Positions 58,669 to 64,000 of a stretch of 64,000 bases of DNA are shown here, piece by piece. The stretch covers positions 32,001 through 96,000 of the forward strand of contig JBPOGF010000012.1 in assembly GCA_051251915.1 (NCBI GenBank), read 5' to 3'. Below the pieces are notes generated by a model. That model did not search any database. It worked only from the letters and a program-made list of their open reading frames with translations, and was not told where the DNA came from. Both the position numbers and the translations under genes were made by a program. The DNA comes from Akkermansiaceae bacterium. GTDB taxonomy: Bacteria; Verrucomicrobiota; Verrucomicrobiia; Verrucomicrobiales; Akkermansiaceae. Position 1 is the stretch's first letter; every line of letters begins with the position of its first letter.

Positions 58669-59727
58669 CTAAAGCTCCCAGTCACCTTTATCCAGGCCAC
58701 AGACGCAAGCCGCTAGCAACTGAATACAATGATCAATGTCTTTTGTATGAGCCATCTCAATCGATTGATGAATATAACGCGTAGGAATTGAAATAGCACC
58801 CGCTATAGAACCACCCGGCACCATTCGCTGAAGCGCCGCCGTGTCAGTACCCCCAGCAGGAAGCACCTCTGGCTGCCACTTGATCTTATTCTCCTTAGCC
58901 ATCTTCTTCATAAATGCAACCATCCGATAATCACAGATTGTAGAACTATCCATGATCTTAATCGCCGCACCCTCACCCAACTGCGTAATCATATCCTGAG
59001 CCGGTACACCTGGAGTGTCACACGCCAGAGTAGTATCTAATCCAAAACCAAAATCCGGCTCCACTTGCAACGCTGACACATTTGCCCCGCGAAGCCCCAC
59101 TTCCTCCTGAACCGTAAATGCAGCATAAAAGTCATAAGTCGGCTTAACACCACTCTCCTTGATCACCTTCAACGTCTCCAGCAGCACATAAACCGACACT
59201 CGGTTATCCAGCGACTTAACATTCACACAATCACCCAACTCAACAAGCTCACGCTCACGAGTGATAGGATTTCCAATTTCAATAACCTTCTCCAGCTGCT
59301 TCTTAGTAAGCCCTGTATCGATAAAGAAATCACTAAGCTCCATCTTCTTACCGCGCTCTTCCGGCTTCATAATATGCACCGGCTTACAACCCATAACCCC
59401 AAGAATATCTTTCTTCCCATGAATGATCACCCGCTGAGCTGTCAGCGTCTTAGGATCAAATCCACCAAGCGGACGAAATCTAACAAACCCCTTATCGTCG
59501 ATATGTGAAACAATAAACCCGATCTCATCCATATGAGCCGCTGCCATCGATTTCATCTCACTACTTTCCCCCTTCTTGAGAGCAATCACATTCCCCATAT
59601 TATCTACCCGGACCTCATCAGCCAGCCCTTTTAGCTCTTTAAGAACCAACTCACGAATTGCAATTTCATACCCAGGAGCACCAGGAGCCTTACATATTTC
59701 ACTCAGTAATTTCACATCGATTGACAT
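58669..59727 (-). CDS. M42 family metalloaminopeptidase
   Basis: DNMGN, AHMDEIG, KSLDNR, TVQEEVGLRGA, GGTD, RYIH; start set at MSIDVK. Confidence 0.92.
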   Translation of the reverse strand: MSIDVKLLSEICKAPGAPGYEIAIRELVLKELKGLADEVRVDNMGNVIALKKGESSEMKSMAAAHMDEIGFIVSHIDDKGFVRFRPLGGFDPKTLTAQRVIIHGKKDILGVMGCKPVHIMKPEERGKKMELSDFFIDTGLTKKQLEKVIEIGNPITRERELVELGDCVNVKSLDNRVSVYVLLETLKVIKESGVKPTYDFYAAFTVQEEVGLRGANVSALQVEPDFGFGLDTTLACDTPGVPAQDMITQLGEGAAIKIMDSSTICDYRMVAFMKKMAKENKIKWQPEVLPAGGTDTAALQRMVPGGSIAGAISIPTRYIHQSIEMAHTKDIDHCIQLLAACVCGLDKGDWEL

Positions 59728-59877
59728 GCGACACAAGCTACCCAAACCACCCAAAAGAACAAACGAAAAATCCATCAATCAACCACCATGCAGCTAATAA
59801 ATCATCACGATTAAAGCAACTCATCTTATGAGCAAAGCAGACTTGACCAAGCCCCCTCTCAAACTCAGCATAACCTC

Positions 59878-61077
59878 ATGATATTAAATCTAGTGATCGT
59901 AGCAGTAGTCCTACTCTTAGGCAGCTACCTCGCCTTCTCCCCAAAGCTTTCTAACTCCTCCGCTTGGAATGCAACAGTGACACCTCTAGCCTCCATCATG
60001 GGAAGCGGCTTCCTAGTCAGCGCCCCTCTGCTCGGCAGCACCGTAGGCTACTACGCAGTATTCTGCATGATGATCCTATTAATAGTAGCATACGGAGTCG
60101 GATCCGTAATGCGATTTAACATCAAACATTTTGAACCCATAGCACACCAGCAAGGAATAACACAAAAGATAGCCCGCACATCACAGATCGTCCTCGCTAT
60201 CGCCTACTTCATCTCCATCACCTATTACCTCCAGCTCCTAGCCGCCTTCTCCCTCAGCGCCATTGGCACAGAGTCAGAAATCATCTCAAATATTTTAACC
60301 ACCAGCCTACTCGTATTCATCGGCAGCATAGGACTCTGGAAAGGATTAGCTGTTCTAGAATCGCTCGAGAAATACGCCGTAGCCCTAAACCTCGGCATGA
60401 TAGGAGCACTCCTCGTAGCTCTCGCCTACTACAACATCCACCTAACCACAAGCCACCAATGGCAACTTCCCAACATCGACTCAAACATCAATTTTAACGA
60501 CATCCGAGTCCTACTAGGCCTACTCATCGTGGTCCAAGGATTCGAGACATCACGCTACCTAGGAGATAAACATTCAGCCGACGAAAGAATCCGCACCATG
60601 CGAATAGCCCAAATTATTTCAAGCGCCATCTACATCATCTTCCTCGCCCTAGTCACGGTATTATTTCAGTCAGACATGTCAGGCAACGTCACCGCCATCA
60701 TCCAAATGACCACACCCATCGCCGTTATCCTCCCCATCATGCTCACCATCGCCGCCATAGGCAGCCAGTTCACCGCCGCCGTTGCGGACGATGAGGGAGC
60801 AGGAGGACTTATAGAAGAAATCACCAACAACAAAATCCCAATCCGCTACGCATATTTACTCATCCTCATAGTAACAGTCGCCATCACATGGCTAAGCAAT
60901 GTCAACTCCATCATCGCCTACGCATCACGCGCCTTCGCCCTCTACTATTTTATCCAATGTCTACTAGCCATCGTCGTCCTCAAACAAACTGGATGGCAAA
61001 TGAAACGAGGCATCCTCTTCTACCTACTCTGCTTCATCTGCCTACTCGTAGTCACCCTCGGACTCCCATCTGAGTAA
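59878..61077 (+). CDS. APC-superfamily-like membrane transporter
   Basis: About 11-12 TM helices, ASIMGSGFL (TM1 break), QGFE (TM6-like). Confidence 0.65.
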   Translation: MILNLVIVAVVLLLGSYLAFSPKLSNSSAWNATVTPLASIMGSGFLVSAPLLGSTVGYYAVFCMMILLIVAYGVGSVMRFNIKHFEPIAHQQGITQKIARTSQIVLAIAYFISITYYLQLLAAFSLSAIGTESEIISNILTTSLLVFIGSIGLWKGLAVLESLEKYAVALNLGMIGALLVALAYYNIHLTTSHQWQLPNIDSNINFNDIRVLLGLLIVVQGFETSRYLGDKHSADERIRTMRIAQIISSAIYIIFLALVTVLFQSDMSGNVTAIIQMTTPIAVILPIMLTIAAIGSQFTAAVADDEGAGGLIEEITNNKIPIRYAYLLILIVTVAITWLSNVNSIIAYASRAFALYYFIQCLLAIVVLKQTGWQMKRGILFYLLCFICLLVVTLGLPSE

Positions 61078-61113
61078 ATTTCAACAACAAACGCCCCCTC
61101 CCCTAAAGAAATT

Positions 61114-61860
61114 CTACACCTCCTTCAAACCAAAGACCTCCACCTTCACCCCATGCGACATCACCGCATGCTCAAACAATCTATCAGGCCGATCAAATCC
61201 CGCCAACTCAACAGGATAGTCAGAAAACTCTTCCACAGTGACACCATGCAATGCATACGCCTCATGACTCACCCGCCCAGAAAACAACCTCTTCCTCTTC
61301 TGGTTATAAGAAAATAGATAATAGCGCTCCACCAGAAAGAACTCAAGACTACCAGGCTCTGACACCCCCAACATCTCACCCGCTGAGTATCGATATACAG
61401 ACTCCTCCTCACTACCTATTTGCATCGAGCGATAGTGCGTTTCTCCATTTGACGTTGTAGCACTCATCACAGCATCAAAATAAGGCAGATTGAAAAACTT
61501 ACGCGCCACCCTCACCGCCAGCATCTGATTCGCATCCAGCGAATAGAACCACACCCCCGGACGCCCATACTCATCATAGACATACGCCCGCACATTCATT
61601 TCTAGAAAATTAGACACCCCTGGCACAGCAGGACAATACGGAGGCCTTACCCCATTCATATAAAATGGCACCACCCCAAGGTAAGTTTTTCCATCATACG
61701 TATCGACAGCCAACCCGGGCGGTAACGTCGCCTGCACTTCGGCAGGCTCCACCTCCCAATGCAAAAACAACAACTCGCCCCATGATTGCCGCATCACCAC
61801 AGATTGATCAGCAGGACGACGCGTAGCTTTTATTCTATCCTCAAGAGACGGACACTTCAT
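61114..61860 (-). CDS. YqjF family (DUF2071) protein
   Basis: MRQSWGELLFLHW, GVVPF, FLEMNVRAYV, GVWFYSLDA, FLVERY. Confidence 0.88.
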   Translation of the reverse strand: MKCPSLEDRIKATRRPADQSVVMRQSWGELLFLHWEVEPAEVQATLPPGLAVDTYDGKTYLGVVPFYMNGVRPPYCPAVPGVSNFLEMNVRAYVYDEYGRPGVWFYSLDANQMLAVRVARKFFNLPYFDAVMSATTSNGETHYRSMQIGSEEESVYRYSAGEMLGVSEPGSLEFFLVERYYLFSYNQKRKRLFSGRVSHEAYALHGVTVEEFSDYPVELAGFDRPDRLFEHAVMSHGVKVEVFGLKEV

Positions 61861-62204
61861 ATCACCATCATAAGCAACAAACCCAAAATGTCTAAACTAG
61901 TTTCAATAAACTCACCCCCCCGCCAAATAAAAATCAGGCACACCCATTACCAAAATAACACAAATCACACCATTTATACGCAAAAAAAACAACCAATTGT
62001 CTATTTTTTTAAAAAATATCATGTTTATTATTAAAAAATCTTTACTTTATGAAAAAATAAATTACAAATATTTATGTAGAAGGGAAATCAGCAAGAGTAA
62101 GTAAACAAGCAAAACAGCTAAATACCTACTCCCACAGTTTTTAACTTCTTTGCAGCACGGTTGCTAAAAAGCAACCAATCACCCCCTAAGTATAAATAAT
62201 ACAT

Positions 62205-62924
62205 ATGAAAAAAATGAACACAATCATCGGGCTACTTGCGCTAAGTGGCACAGCATTCGCACAAACTGTTTCAAATGGAGATTTCGAACTGTTTTCTGAC
62301 GCAAGCGAAGGTGTAAAATACACTTCTGAATTAGCAGATGGAGTTAACTTTACAGCTACTGTTACTGACTGGAAACTAGTCAACGACATGAGCCTCTATC
62401 AGAGAACCTACATGGTGAAAGAAATCGATCCAAAAACAGGAAAAGAAACAGGAAAAGAAATCGAAACTAAAGATACCTCACTAAGAATCGGAGCCAGCGA
62501 AAAAGAGTTCGCTAATTTAGCACATCAAGGTCTTGAGTTCAAAGAAGCAGGCACCTACACAATCTCCTTTGACTCATTCATGGCTAATGAAGCTAAAACA
62601 GAGCAAACTGCAAGTATAGCACTCTATCCTGGTAGTGGTTCTGAAAGCCCATACTTTTCATCAATATTCACTGAAAAAAGTGACGGCTTCACTACTGACC
62701 AGTCATTTACCTTCACTCTCGATAAAAAGCATATCGAAGCAGCCGAGGGCAAATTCGAACTTGTCTTCAGTAACACAGGTTTTACAGAAGAAGAGATCAA
62801 AGAGGGAGCTAAAGCATACGACATGTTCGTAGACAACGTTTCTATCGCAGCCGTCCCAGAACCATCAAGCACAGCATTGCTCGGACTTGGAGCACTCGGA
62901 CTTCTAGTTCGTCGTAAGCGCTAG
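62205..62924 (+). CDS. PEP-CTERM sorting-domain surface protein
   Basis: Signal peptide, NGDFE carbohydrate-binding-like start, C-terminal VPEPSSTALLGLGALGLLVRRKR. Confidence 0.93.
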   Translation: MKKMNTIIGLLALSGTAFAQTVSNGDFELFSDASEGVKYTSELADGVNFTATVTDWKLVNDMSLYQRTYMVKEIDPKTGKETGKEIETKDTSLRIGASEKEFANLAHQGLEFKEAGTYTISFDSFMANEAKTEQTASIALYPGSGSESPYFSSIFTEKSDGFTTDQSFTFTLDKKHIEAAEGKFELVFSNTGFTEEEIKEGAKAYDMFVDNVSIAAVPEPSSTALLGLGALGLLVRRKR

Positions 62925-62962
62925 TCAGCTAGTCTTAATACAATACTAAGATTCATATCTAT

Positions 62963-62999
62963 ACCCCACTCTGACAAGTTCAGAGTGGGGTTCTTTTTT
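62963..62999 (+). terminator. Intrinsic terminator of the PEP-CTERM gene
   Basis: ACCCCACTCTGA/TCAGAGTGGGGT stem followed by TCTTTTTT. Confidence 0.88.
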
Positions 63000-63059
63000 A
63001 CCACTTCAACCTCCCCCCCCTCTACACCTGGAATAGGAGAAACTTCATCACCCTCAGCA

Positions 63060-63087
63060 TTGACAAACCAGATGATCGCATTAACGT
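63060..63087 (+). promoter_or_regulatory. Putative dapF promoter
   Basis: TTGACA-16 nt-TAACGT. Confidence 0.55.
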
Positions 63088-63123
63088 GCAAAAACTTACC
63101 TCTAACACATCACATCAACCAAT

Positions 63124-63936
63124 ATGTTACTCCATTTCTACAAAATGAACGGTGCCGGCAACGACTTCGTAGTCATCGATAATCGCAACCTCTCCATCAA
63201 TCTCGATAAAGACACCATCGAAGCAATCTGTGACAGACATCGTGGCATCGGCGCTGACGGCCTTCTCGCTGTAGAACCCGCCCAACATGGAGCAGATTAC
63301 AGATTCCGCTATTATAATGCAGACGGCGGAGAAGCTGAAATGTGCGGCAACGGCGCCCGCTGCTTCGGCAGATTCACAGCCCACCTCGGTGACGAAGTCA
63401 AAGACATCGTAACCTTCGAAACCATCGCCGGAACCCTAAGCGCTGAAATGATCGGCGAAAACGTCCGCATCGCAATGTCAGACCCATTCGACCTAGACCT
63501 CAGCACAAACTGCAACATAGACTCACTCGGAACAGACATCCATGTTCTCAACACCGGCGTCCCTCACACCGTCGCATTCATCGATGACCTCCCTAATCTA
63601 GACGTCGTCAAAAACGGCGCCGCCATCCGCTATCACGAAAGGTTCGCACCCAGCGGCACCAACGCAAACTTCGCTAAAGTCCTCGCACCAGATCACATCG
63701 CCATCCGCACATACGAGCGCGGTGTAGAAGGTGAAACCCTAGCATGCGGCACAGGCATGTGCGCAGCTGCACTCATCCATAACCTCCTTACCGACGCTCC
63801 ATCACCAGTAAAAGTAGACGTAGCTGGAGGAGACACCTTAGAAATCGGCTTCGAGCGCACCGGCGAGAACACCTTCACCAACGTAACACTCAGCGGCCCA
63901 GCTGACTTCGTTTTTGAAGGCGACATCGAGATCTAA
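63124..63936 (+). CDS. dapF: Diaminopimelate epimerase
   Basis: KMNGAGNDF, GIGADG, EMCGNG, GVPH, ERGVEGETLACGTG. Confidence 0.96.
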   Translation: MLLHFYKMNGAGNDFVVIDNRNLSINLDKDTIEAICDRHRGIGADGLLAVEPAQHGADYRFRYYNADGGEAEMCGNGARCFGRFTAHLGDEVKDIVTFETIAGTLSAEMIGENVRIAMSDPFDLDLSTNCNIDSLGTDIHVLNTGVPHTVAFIDDLPNLDVVKNGAAIRYHERFAPSGTNANFAKVLAPDHIAIRTYERGVEGETLACGTGMCAAALIHNLLTDAPSPVKVDVAGGDTLEIGFERTGENTFTNVTLSGPADFVFEGDIEI

Positions 63937-64000
63937 TTCTCTAAAATATATCCGACAGCGCGCTAAATCACTACATTTCTATTTAACACGAAATAGGATT

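Noticed and set aside
62159..62176. Hairpin GGTTGCT-AAAA-AGCAACC upstream of the PEP-CTERM gene as a riboswitch or terminator
   Set aside because: A single 7-bp stem with no T tract or aptamer features; it may be a 5' stabilising hairpin, but that is unsupported.

Overview
Core-genome window from a Verrucomicrobiales-like bacterium. The assignment is inferred from two PEP-CTERM proteins, the RpoA and Rho styles, eukaryote-like Ser/Thr kinases and the alternative complex III cluster. It carries tRNA-Asp, a stand-alone rpoA-rplQ pair, rlmN, an AddA-like helicase-nuclease, rho, gpmI, a trehalose synthase/phosphatase fusion with a GH15 hydrolase, ffh, two membrane Ser/Thr kinases, purU, a panE-like reductase, an M42 peptidase and dapF. 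A ~17.6 kb respiratory operon runs actA-F, a degenerate ccoN/ccoO pair, a cytochrome c, then A1-type oxidase genes coxA, coxC, coxD and coxB. Four observations stand out. (1) An ORF-free intergenic array (57055-57721) holds three sibling ~80-nt structured RNA candidates, each with an in-register -10 box, two hairpins (one with a GGGG loop) and a terminator; a matching TCACCCCCT motif sits upstream of both PEP-CTERM genes. (2) Rho has a perfect (AAC)21 poly-Asn tract inside a Q/N-rich prion-like domain. (3) The respiratory operon has a CcoN homologue that lost its CuB and heme ligands, a CcoO homologue with Cys at the usual axial Met position, a CoxA lacking the K-channel Lys, a CoxC with a ~370-aa insertion, and a perfect Rex/CRP-type operator upstream. 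(4) rpoA has a structured leader. No CRISPR array or intact mobile element was found. All calls come from reading the sequence; no database searches were run.
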